64,000 nt of DNA, taken from the NCBI GenBank assembly GCA_963778655.1, contig CAVZVA010000011.1:64001-128000 (forward strand). The letters are read 5' to 3'. The DNA is from an uncultured delta proteobacterium (GTDB lineage Bacteria > Myxococcota_A > Polyangia > Polyangiales > JAFGIB01). The translations under genes were made by a program, and so were the position numbers. The stretch's first letter is position 1. Each line of letters starts with the position of its first letter. The notes below the pieces were generated by a model. It did no database searches. It was given only the letters and a program-made list of their open reading frames with translations, and was not told where the DNA came from. Shown here piece by piece: positions 19,969 to 28,768 of the stretch.

Positions 19969-21147
19969 TCACCGCCCGGTAGGTCGATCACGCGCTGGCT
20001 CGGCCAGCGTCTCCGCCAGATCGAGCAGTCCGCTGGCCGCGACCACGTTCGCCTGCCAACCCGGCTCGACGCGGTCCAGCAACAGCGCCAGGTGAAAGCC
20101 GATCGCGTAGTCGTAGGCCGGGTCGAGCTGGCGGTTCTGCATCGCCTCGTAACCACCGCCGGCGTAGCGCGCGAAGCGGTGAAAGCTCAAGTCACCCTCG
20201 ATCCCGTGCGCCGGATGCAACGCCGCGTCGACCAGGAAGCGGCTCTCCACGTAGCGCGCCAGACCCTCGAGCCCGGTGAACACGCGGTCAGCGTGCACAT
20301 ACTGCGATCCGCCGGGCAGCGCCATCAGGTAGTCGCGGCGCCGCCGGTAGCGGGCGCGCCAGCGCCGCAGGGCCCGCCGCGCTCGTGCACGCCCCGGGCC
20401 CGCGCTGGCCGCGTCCACCAGCAGCCGATACTCGCTTCGAACCAGCGCGCGATAGCGCGCGTCTCGCAGGTACAGCCCGCGCACCGCCGCGGGCGACAGC
20501 GTGCCGTCATCGATCGCGCGCAGCTCCGCTCCAAAAGCCGGGCTGCGCAGCTGCCACACATGGAACAGCTCGTGCAGCGCGACCGATAGCCACTCGTCGG
20601 TCGTGCACTGCCGGAAGTCCTCGCGCAGCGCGATCATCGTCTCCAGCGCGGCCACCCACACCGTGCCGCGACCGGGCGCGCGCCCGTCGGCTTGCGCCGG
20701 CGGAGCCACATACGCGGTCGCTACCTCGCTTCGCAGCCAGTCGCGTGTCTGCACCGTGTGCCGGCCAATCGTCAGCTGCTTGCTCACCCGCAGCGCAAGC
20801 GTCCGGTCCCCCAAGCGCTGCGGCACCGGCTCGAAGCCGGGCTCGGCCTGGTCAGCACAGCCCACCCGCCACTGCTCGTCTTCCGTCACCAGCACCACGC
20901 ACGGCAGCTCTGCGGCCAGCGCCGGCCATTGCCGCTTGAGCAACGCGCCGGCCTCGAGCAGATACTGCAGGCGCGCGCCCTGCCACGGCTCCAGCGCCGG
21001 CCGGCCTCGCGGCGGCTCGGCTCGCTGGCCCGGGCTCACCGCAGCGGGCGTCGGATGCTCGCGGGCGCGGCAGCCAGCGGCCTCTACGCCGCAGATCGCC
21101 GCCGCCCAGCACGCCCAGCCAGCCAGCGCTGCCGTCTTGGAGACCAT
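19969..21147 (-). CDS. Hypothetical secreted protein with a zincin-like HExxH motif
   Basis: LHELFHVWQ plus downstream EGLARYVE. Start taken at MVSKTAA. Confidence 0.6.
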   Translation of the reverse strand: MVSKTAALAGWACWAAAICGVEAAGCRAREHPTPAAVSPGQRAEPPRGRPALEPWQGARLQYLLEAGALLKRQWPALAAELPCVVLVTEDEQWRVGCADQAEPGFEPVPQRLGDRTLALRVSKQLTIGRHTVQTRDWLRSEVATAYVAPPAQADGRAPGRGTVWVAALETMIALREDFRQCTTDEWLSVALHELFHVWQLRSPAFGAELRAIDDGTLSPAAVRGLYLRDARYRALVRSEYRLLVDAASAGPGRARARRALRRWRARYRRRRDYLMALPGGSQYVHADRVFTGLEGLARYVESRFLVDAALHPAHGIEGDLSFHRFARYAGGGYEAMQNRQLDPAYDYAIGFHLALLLDRVEPGWQANVVAASGLLDLAETLAEPARDRPTGR

Positions 21148-21249
21148 CGCCATTCCAATGAATGCGCAACCCGGCGACCGATTGTAAAGCCTCCGGTCTG
21201 GGTATTGACGGACGGCGGCCCCGACGGCACCAGCGCGGATCGCGCCCGA

Positions 21250-21545
21250 AGGCGAGTAGTCCCCGGTGCTGTTGTGTCCGATCCTTGCTTGGTCAGCATC
21301 ATCCCGTACGAGGCTCGATGGGGCCCCGTTGACGCACATGTCTGCGATCTCGGCTGCGCCCGAGTTGAGTGTGAACGCGTCAACCGACTCGTCCCACCAG
21401 CCAAATCCGTACCAGGCGCCGTCGCTTCCTTTGACAGCAATAGGGTCGGTGTACGTCTCGTACAGCTCATGCGAGACCGCGTAGTTCGTCGATTGCAAAT
21501 CGTTGTGCTCGATTACCGAGTACACGATGGGATCCGGTGCGGACA
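21250..21545 (-). pseudogene. Lower-GC fragment of a secreted protein with an SHEL.E..TDP...EIAD.C motif
   Basis: AVSHELYETYTDP...GWWD...AEIADMC; no clear N-terminus; base composition differs from neighbours. Confidence 0.4.
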
Positions 21546-22187
21546 TTCGAGCGCGGCAGCCCGAACAGCCCTGCACGCAGCCTTCGCTCAGGTGCGCAAA
21601 CGTGTCCGGATGCGCACCCCGCGGCCGCAGACCTCTTCATTCACCTGCATTAGGGTGCTCGCCTCACTATGAGCGGGCGCTCCTGTTCCCGGGGTTTCCA
21701 GACTTTTTTTGCACAGCGGCCAACGGTCTCGGCGGCGGCCCGCATTGATTAGGTGAACAGAGCTTCGCACCCCAGCGGGCAGACAGGGCAGTGCAGTGCA
21801 AAGCAGTCGATGGAAAAAGGCGTCGCTGGCAATCAACGCCATCATCCGCGGTCTCGATCTCGATCAGATCGCCTTTCACTACGATGAAACGGCAGGCAGG
21901 GAGATCGAGAGCCTGGCTGACGGCCGCCCGCCTGCTGCGCACAACCTGCGCGGGGAACGGAACGCTACTCCGGACGAGCGGTCTTGATGCGACTGCGCCC
22001 CCGATCGAACGCCACCCGCCGCGCAGGCTGTGGTGAACCGAAGCTGCCCGTGTGGCGAACCCGCGGCCCGCTCGACGCCAGCTCGGACGCGTTGCTGCAA
22101 GACGATGGGCTCATCACCTTCCCAGACAACTGGGTGACGGTTCCGGACCGAAGTACGCGCCAGTGCGCCACGCAAGGAGGCATGCAG

Positions 22188-23024
22188 ATGTTGATCGGTG
22201 GGTTGCGAGCCGTGCTCGCGTTTGGGCTGCTAGCCGTGCTCGGGGGATGTGCCGGGCAGGGCCAGGACGCGGGCGATCAGTCGCGATCCAGCGCGCCATC
22301 CGGCGCGCTCGCGAGCTCCACGTCCGGCACGGATCCGGGCGCAGCCGGTAGCGGCGTTGCGGCCGGCAGCGCCGGATCGGCTGGGGCCGCCAACAATCCG
22401 GCGACGCACGACCCGCTGGCGGGCGGAACGCAAGACAACCGCGCGCCGAGCGCGGGCGGCTGTGCCGCGAACCTACCGTTCAAGCAAGCAAGCTGTCCGT
22501 GCAATACTGGCGACACTGCAGCTTGTTGGACGGGCCCGGCAGCCGATCGGAACATGGGCAAGTGCCACGACGGGCTCCAGATCTGCTCCGCTGCGGGAAG
22601 CGGCGAGTTCGCGAGCGCGACTTGGGGTCCGTGCATGGGCGAGGAGCTGAGCTGCGGCACGGACGCCGGAGCTCCACCTCCCACCGATGCAGGCGTCCCC
22701 ACGCCGCCCGAAGACTGCTCGTGCATTCCGGGCGCGATCATCCAGTGCAGCGAGGATTGCAGCGTCGGTATCGTTTGCAGCCTCACGGCGACCAAGACGT
22801 GCTTGCCCGACCACACGTGGAGCGTGTGCCGCGAGGAGACGGGAGCGACGCTCGATCTGCCAGGCGTGCAGTGTCGCAACATGCTGCACGGCTGCTTCGA
22901 CGTGCTCACGGGCGACGCGCCGGCGCAAGGTCAGGGTGAGATTTATGTCGGAGACTGCAGCAAGCAGTTTGCGTGCGGGCACGCGCCTGAGCCCGATCCG
23001 GCTTCCCTGGACCAGGCCCAGTGA
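22188..23024 (+). CDS. Cys-rich lipoprotein
   Basis: AAGGAGG RBS 7 nt upstream; LGGC lipobox; C.TGP....G.C.DG.Q.C motif. Confidence 0.75.
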   Translation: MLIGGLRAVLAFGLLAVLGGCAGQGQDAGDQSRSSAPSGALASSTSGTDPGAAGSGVAAGSAGSAGAANNPATHDPLAGGTQDNRAPSAGGCAANLPFKQASCPCNTGDTAACWTGPAADRNMGKCHDGLQICSAAGSGEFASATWGPCMGEELSCGTDAGAPPPTDAGVPTPPEDCSCIPGAIIQCSEDCSVGIVCSLTATKTCLPDHTWSVCREETGATLDLPGVQCRNMLHGCFDVLTGDAPAQGQGEIYVGDCSKQFACGHAPEPDPASLDQAQ

Positions 23025-23772
23025 TCGCGCGCTGTGGATCTTGCTGCTTCTGGCTGGGGCCGCTTGCCATGACAACGCCCCCAGACCCAGAACCAGCGCG
23101 CTGACCCGCTACGCGGCTCCAGAACGCTGGACTGCGGGGCAGATCTGCTCGGACCTGGGCGGGACGCGCGTGTGCTGGCGCGGCTCCGCACCGACGATCG
23201 TGGCGCGCATCCTGCCGAGCGGACCCGCGCCTCCACAGGGCTGGCGTTGCGGAGGAGATGGCCGCGACCGCGTGTGTGAAGATCGCACCCGCAACGCCAG
23301 CCGCTTCGACTGCGACACCAAGCGCTGCCTGCAGCTGCATCCGCGCATGCCCGATGACGGCGAGTGGGAGTGCGTCGAGATCAGCGGCGTCGTCTACTGT
23401 CACAGCCGCGGCGAGGCTGCGGGGATGCAGGCGGGCCCGATGGACCTGGGCTGGTTGTGCGGGCCGCGACGCGGGGCTGCGCGGGGTGAGCGAATCTGCG
23501 TCGACCTCGACGCGGACCGCCCCAACGGCGCGCATACGGGCCTGGCCCAGCGCTGCCGCTTCGAGCCGCGCTTCGGTACGCCTGCGCGCAGCTGCACGGC
23601 CGGGCAAGCGCTGCGGGTTGGCAGCCCCTGCTCGGGCTCCAGCGTGTGTCCGAACGGCAGTCGCTGCAGCGAGGGCCTGTGCTTGCCCGAGCGACCGGCG
23701 CCTGCCTGTTTCTTCGATCGAGACTGCGGCGACGGCGCGCGCTGCGTCTTCGGCAGCTGCAGAGGCGCGTAG
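22945..23772 (+). CDS. Cys-rich lipoprotein
   Basis: LLLAGAAC lipobox and many Cys; stop lies 2 nt before the cytochrome ATG. Start uncertain. Confidence 0.6.
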   Translation: MSETAASSLRAGTRLSPIRLPWTRPSDRALWILLLLAGAACHDNAPRPRTSALTRYAAPERWTAGQICSDLGGTRVCWRGSAPTIVARILPSGPAPPQGWRCGGDGRDRVCEDRTRNASRFDCDTKRCLQLHPRMPDDGEWECVEISGVVYCHSRGEAAGMQAGPMDLGWLCGPRRGAARGERICVDLDADRPNGAHTGLAQRCRFEPRFGTPARSCTAGQALRVGSPCSGSSVCPNGSRCSEGLCLPERPAPACFFDRDCGDGARCVFGSCRGA

Positions 23773-23774
23773 CG

Positions 23775-25790
23775 ATGCGCGTGCGGCCGCAGTGCTGGGC
23801 GTTCATCGCGGTCGCGGTCGCGTGCAGCAACCAGCTCGGCTGTCGCGACGTGCCGGCCAGCGACATCGTCAGATTGCGTATCCGCGGTACGACCGAGCCG
23901 ATCGTCGCTGCGGCGATCCACTACGAGCCCGCTGCCGAAGTGCTATCCGCGCGACTGAGCACGCAAGGCTGGCTCGCGATCGAACGTAGGCGCGGCGCGC
24001 ACGCGCTTACCGTCCGCGTACCCGAGCTGTGTCCCATCACGATTCCGGCGGGAAAGCAGCCGCACCCCCTGCAGCTGAGACCCGTGATCGATCTCGGCAG
24101 CGACCGTCCTCCGCTCGGCTTCGACGCGCCGTTCACGATCACGGTTCGCCACGGCTGCCCCGAACGCGGGCGGGGGCGGATCCGCTGGCGTCAGCTGGAA
24201 GGCCCGCCGCTGGCCGCGCTCTCGGTGACTGAGGATGGCTTTCGGCTGAGCGCACGTACGCCGCGCCTCGAGGCTGCGCACCCCGAGCCGCTGCCCACGA
24301 CAGGGATCGTCCCTTTCTCGCCGCGCACGCAAGGGCGCGTGGTGCTGCAAGCGAGCTGGCAAGGCCCGGGTCTGCCCTCGATCAAACGCACGCTGACAAT
24401 CCGCGCAACCTCGCGCGCGAGCGGCCTGTCGAGCGTCGCGGTCTCGCAGCGGCTCATGCTCGCGGGCACGGGATGGCGCGTGCAGAGCGCGCCCGCCGGT
24501 GGTCGCGCGCGGGTGCAACAGCAAGGAGCGCTCGTTCAGCTCACGCCCGATGCGCCGGGCCGCTGGGTGCTCGCGCGCGGGTCCGAACGACCATTGCTGT
24601 TGCAGGCGTTCTGGCACGACAAAACGCCGTACGACTGCGGGCGCAGCGAGTGCCACGCTGCGATCGCCGCCTCCACGATCGCCAGCCCGATGAGCCGTGC
24701 GTTGGAAGCGCCGCTCGGCGCGGCCAATCCGGCCGCTGTCGGCTGCATGCTCGAGTGCCACGTCCTGGGCGAGCCTGGCCTGGATGACGGAGGGTTTCTC
24801 GACGTCGCGGCCGAGCTCGACTGGACCTGGCTCGATTCCACGCGCTGGCAGGATCTGCCTCGGGCGCTGCGGCGGCTCGGTGGCGTGCGCTGCACTGCCT
24901 GCCACGGGCCGGGTGCGATCCCGGAGCCGGATGCGCGCGCGCAGATCCTTCGCAGCGATGTGTGCGCGAGCTGTCACGACGCACCGCCGGCCTACAGGCA
25001 GGTCCAGCAGTGGCGCCAATCGCGCATGGCGCGCTCCGACGCGGCGGCCAGCACGCAGCAGCCCGGGTGTGCGGGGTGCCACACCACGGCCGGCTTCCTT
25101 CACGCCATCGGCGCGCGCTCGGCGGCGCCGGTGCCGGCGCTGCAGTCCGAGCCAACCGGCATCGCGTGCGCCGCGTGCCATGCGCCGCACGCTCCACATG
25201 TCGGCGCGCGGCTGATACGTCGGCTGCCCGCGAGTGAGTCGGAGCCGGAACCGCGCATCGCTGTCTGCCTGCGCTGTCACTCGCCCATCGCAGGCGAACG
25301 ACTGCCGTCAGCATCGAGCGGTCCGCTCTGGCTCGGCAGCGTGCGCGTGCCGGCGCGCGACCGGGACGGCTGGGAGCTGGTCGCGGCGGCATCCGCTCAT
25401 CGCGCCGTGCCGGGCGGTTGCGTGGGTTGCCACGGCGCAACCGCTGCAGCCAAGGGGGGCAAGCTGGACCACTCGTTTCGCACCGATCCGCGCAGCTGTG
25501 CCGGTTGCCACGACGCGAGCGAGGCGCGAGCGCGCGGACGAGATGCGCAACGCAGCCTACAGCAACGCGCCCACGCGCTGGCGCTGCGCCTTGCCGCGGA
25601 GTGCCCAGGCCCGACGGCCGAGCTCAGCCATGCCGGCGGCGCGCGCGCGCCCTGTCGCCTCCAGCCGCTCACGCGCGCCCGCTTCGAGCTTGCGCTCGTG
25701 CTCGAAGACAAGGCCGCAGCCATTCACAATGCGGCGTTGGCGCGCAGCCTGCTGGACGACGCAGAACGTCAACTGTCGCGACGCGAATGA
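23775..25790 (+). CDS. Multiheme c-type cytochrome lipoprotein
   Basis: Seven CxxCH motifs (CTACH, CASCH, CAGCH, CAACH, CLRCH, CVGCH, CAGCH) plus CGRSECH and CMLECH; AVAC lipobox; C-terminal IHN....LL. Confidence 0.88.
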   Translation: MRVRPQCWAFIAVAVACSNQLGCRDVPASDIVRLRIRGTTEPIVAAAIHYEPAAEVLSARLSTQGWLAIERRRGAHALTVRVPELCPITIPAGKQPHPLQLRPVIDLGSDRPPLGFDAPFTITVRHGCPERGRGRIRWRQLEGPPLAALSVTEDGFRLSARTPRLEAAHPEPLPTTGIVPFSPRTQGRVVLQASWQGPGLPSIKRTLTIRATSRASGLSSVAVSQRLMLAGTGWRVQSAPAGGRARVQQQGALVQLTPDAPGRWVLARGSERPLLLQAFWHDKTPYDCGRSECHAAIAASTIASPMSRALEAPLGAANPAAVGCMLECHVLGEPGLDDGGFLDVAAELDWTWLDSTRWQDLPRALRRLGGVRCTACHGPGAIPEPDARAQILRSDVCASCHDAPPAYRQVQQWRQSRMARSDAAASTQQPGCAGCHTTAGFLHAIGARSAAPVPALQSEPTGIACAACHAPHAPHVGARLIRRLPASESEPEPRIAVCLRCHSPIAGERLPSASSGPLWLGSVRVPARDRDGWELVAAASAHRAVPGGCVGCHGATAAAKGGKLDHSFRTDPRSCAGCHDASEARARGRDAQRSLQQRAHALALRLAAECPGPTAELSHAGGARAPCRLQPLTRARFELALVLEDKAAAIHNAALARSLLDDAERQLSRRE

Positions 25791-25967
25791 CTGCACGAAG
25801 TGGAGGCGAGTTGACACGGAGCCTCCAAAATCAGAGCTCGCGATTCGGGATCGAATCACAAACTCTGACTTGTCCTTTGATTGTCAGGGAGTCGCACCGA
25901 CTCCCGGTGCGAGAGGCAAAGCCTCGCGCATTCACCCTCTCGCGGTGGTGCGGCATCCGCCGCACCG

Positions 25968-26017
25968 CTACATGACCGATCGGCACGGCCGTTCCCGAAT
26001 CGTGATCGGTCATTTAG
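25968..26017. repeat. 50-bp palindromic element, copy 2 (inverted)
   Basis: Its reverse complement differs from 17167-17216 at 4 positions. Confidence 0.85.
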
Positions 26018-26095
26018 GCTTCGCAGCGCTGCAGCCCGGCGTGCTTGCGCCGCTCGAAGCCGCAGTCCCCGAGCTGAACGGAACGAGATTGGTCG

Positions 26096-27556
26096 TCAAT
26101 CCCCGGCAGCCACCACGCGATTGCGGCCGCCGGCTTTGGCTGCATAGAGCGCCCGGTCGGCGGCCTGCACCAAGTCGTCGCGGGCCTGGTCGGGCCGGAC
26201 AAACGCGATCCCGATGCTGGCCGACACGCCGATGTCCGTACCCCCGACTGCGACCGGGCACGAGGCGATCGCCGCGCGCAGGCGTTCGGCCGCCACCTTC
26301 GCACCTGCGATGTCCGTGCCGACGAGCAGCACCGCGAACTCCTCGCCACCGGTCCGAAACGCCTTGTCAACCTCGCGGATCGTGCGCGTCATCGTGCGCC
26401 CAATGGCGCGCAGCACCTCGTCGCCGGCGGCGTGACCATGGGTGTCGTTGATCGTCTTGAAGTCGTCGAGGTCCAGCGTCAGCAGGACAACTTGCTCTCC
26501 GAGCCTGCGCACGCGCGCGTAGGCTTCGGTCAGTGCCTCCTCGAACGCCCGCCTGTTGGGCAATTCGGTCAGCGCATCGCGTCGCGCTTGCTGCGCGAGG
26601 GCTTCCTCGGACTGATGGATGAGCCCGATCATAGTGTTGAACTCGTCCGCAACCTGACGCAGCTCCGGCGGGACCTGCACGTCGATCCGGTGCTGTCGGT
26701 CCCCCCGTGCGAACCTCCGTGCTCCGTCCACCAGCCGGTCGATGTTGGCCAGCATTATGCGCACGATCACCGCGACGCCGCCAATCATGCAGACCAGCGA
26801 CAGGCCCGCCGCGATCGCGCTCAACCACCTCGACCGCTCGAGGGCCAGTAGGGCCGCACGGTGGTCGGCTTCCAAGTCTCTCGTCAAGCTCAGATCGATC
26901 GCGCGCAGCTCATCCACGGACTCGTTGATCAGGCCCGCGAAATGGTCGGCGCGCTCGACGCCGTGCTCGTCGCCGCCGGCGGGCGGATGCGCCAGCAGCT
27001 CCAAGGCGATGGCGTCCGCGCTTCGCCATTGTTCTTGCGCGCGCCGAAGGAGCGCAGAGAGCTGGGCGTCCGCCCGTAGCTCGCGTTGCAGCCCGACGAA
27101 CGCCGCCTCCGACCTGACGCGCTGCTCTCGGTAGGCCGGAGGCCAGTTCGGCTCGCGCGAGTCTAGGTAGGCCTCCACGGCGACATTCGCCTCGCGAAGC
27201 TCGATCTGGAGGCGCTGCGTGGGGCCAATCTGGTTGCGGTAGCGCGACGCGACGTCGTTGAAGTCCGAAATCACGCTCGCGTCCAACAGCACGTGGTCCA
27301 GCACCGCGGCGATGGCAAGTGGGAGAATGGTCAACCCCATGCCGATCGCAACCCAAGTCGATAGCGATCGCTCCGACCATCTTGCAAACGCCACGGGTGC
27401 CCGTCCCCTCTGCAATGCAGAGGCTCGGTCGCGCCGAGTTTGCGACCCGCGCGCTCGGCCCCGAGCATGCCCGGGGGGCAAGGGTACGACTTCGGCGCGC
27501 TCCTTGCCTGAATTTCGGGGCGTGATCGACGGCGACTGACGCCTCGCCAGAGGCAA
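26096..27556 (-). CDS. Membrane diguanylate cyclase (2 TM, four-helix sensor, HAMP, GGDEF)
   Basis: DALTELPNRR, DLDDFKTINDTHGHAAGD, RTGGEEF and ADRALYAAK.GGRN. True start is probably ~100-200 nt inside the ORF. Confidence 0.9.
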   Translation of the reverse strand: MPLARRQSPSITPRNSGKERAEVVPLPPGHARGRARGSQTRRDRASALQRGRAPVAFARWSERSLSTWVAIGMGLTILPLAIAAVLDHVLLDASVISDFNDVASRYRNQIGPTQRLQIELREANVAVEAYLDSREPNWPPAYREQRVRSEAAFVGLQRELRADAQLSALLRRAQEQWRSADAIALELLAHPPAGGDEHGVERADHFAGLINESVDELRAIDLSLTRDLEADHRAALLALERSRWLSAIAAGLSLVCMIGGVAVIVRIMLANIDRLVDGARRFARGDRQHRIDVQVPPELRQVADEFNTMIGLIHQSEEALAQQARRDALTELPNRRAFEEALTEAYARVRRLGEQVVLLTLDLDDFKTINDTHGHAAGDEVLRAIGRTMTRTIREVDKAFRTGGEEFAVLLVGTDIAGAKVAAERLRAAIASCPVAVGGTDIGVSASIGIAFVRPDQARDDLVQAADRALYAAKAGGRNRVVAAGD

Positions 27557-27677
27557 CTGGTGAGCGCAAGTCGGCCGTCCGTCCAGCGCAGAGTGCGCCG
27601 GGAACGGGAAACGATCTCACGGAGCTCGCGGCTCGCACAGGCTTGGATTCAGATCGAGGAGTCGAGGTCGCCTGCGC

Positions 27678-27848
27678 CTAGAGCACCGAACATATTGAAA
27701 CGTGTGCGAAGTCGGGGTCATGGCGGGATGCAGGGTGCGGGCGGGAGCCCGAAGGCGTAGTCCATCCTACGTCGAGCGGGGAGCGCGCGTGCCATGCGCC
27801 CGCGCGGGCCCCGAAATCGTGCGTGTTTCAATATGTTCGGTGCTCTAG
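27678..27848. mobile_element. MITE-like element, family A copy 1 (171 bp, 24-bp perfect TIR including CTAG)
   Basis: ctagagcaccgaacatattgaaac...gtttcaatatgttcggtgctctag; non-coding; repeated at 33545 and 46896. Confidence 0.9.
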
Positions 27849-28531
27849 CTCTGCTTCCGCTTTGGCTGTTTGTTGAGCTGCGCCATGACCTCCCGAGCCG
27901 TGCTCGTGGGTGCGTCGATCAGGTGCTCGCGGTAGCGACCGGCCCACTGGGGCGAGACGCCGGCGTGCTCGGACAGAACGTCCGTGCTGCCCTTCGCCGC
28001 CTGCAGGAACGCCACACGACCGGTGAGAACGAGATCGTCGAGCTGATAGTCGCGAGACAGGCTCAGCTCACCGAGGAAGGTGTGCCACGCCTGCACCGCC
28101 GTTCGCTGCGACATGCGCTGCTGGCTGCCATGGTGATGAGTCGAAATCCACAGCGGCCCGACCAGGCGGTCCCCTCTGGACAGCCAGCCTTCGGCACGGG
28201 CTTCCTTCAGGTAGCCCACGATCGCGTTCCGCGTCCGATCGCTCAGCAGAAATCGTCGCTCGCGGTAGCTGTTGCCTTCGCAAGCCCGCTCGACCGCCTC
28301 CGAGACGACGCGAATGCGGCCCGCAGCGGGGTCTTTGACCACCTCTTCGGCATTGAGCCAAACGGCGGCCTTGGTGCGCAGGGCCCCATCCCATAGCAAA
28401 TAGACGAAGGCCCGCGTCCGCAAGGCGACGAAGTCCCCAGTCGAGGCCCAACGTTCGATCGCAGCCGCAATCCGGCTCTGGTCGCGCGGGTCGATGACGA
28501 TGCTCTTTCTGGCCCGCAACGGAGTGCCCAT
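27845..28531 (-). CDS. Atypical tyrosine-recombinase-fold protein (catalytic-type domain only, HxxR absent)
   Basis: LRTRAFVYLLWDGALRT (box I Arg), ERRFLLSD, PLWIS...RMSQRT, DDLVLTG in place of HxLRH, and C-terminal RY. Confidence 0.6.
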   Translation of the reverse strand: MGTPLRARKSIVIDPRDQSRIAAAIERWASTGDFVALRTRAFVYLLWDGALRTKAAVWLNAEEVVKDPAAGRIRVVSEAVERACEGNSYRERRFLLSDRTRNAIVGYLKEARAEGWLSRGDRLVGPLWISTHHHGSQQRMSQRTAVQAWHTFLGELSLSRDYQLDDLVLTGRVAFLQAAKGSTDVLSEHAGVSPQWAGRYREHLIDAPTSTAREVMAQLNKQPKRKQS

Positions 28532-28768
28532 TGCCGCTCACTATGCCATATCCCTTCGGCGTCGCATACTTGCAGCGGCCGGCCGAAGTGGATCGCCTGT
28601 GCCTCGCGCATACAAGCCGCGCTGGATTCGCGATCCGTCGCCGGGGCGGGCGTGGGCTCCGGCGCCGGTGGAAACGCCCGGGATTTCGCGCGGGCGCGGA
28701 TGCCGCCGTGCAAGGGTCGCGTTTTGTCCTTGGTGAGCGCCCGCAGCCCCCGTAGGCTGAGCGGCTCG

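Noticed and set aside
21576..22180. Possible small genes or RNA in the lower-GC intergenic stretch
   Set aside because: No recognisable motif, start signal or stable structure could be established by eye.
25905..25935. c-di-GMP-I riboswitch (GCAAAGCC next to a diguanylate cyclase gene)
   Set aside because: The rest of the consensus is absent, and the site lies downstream of both flanking genes.
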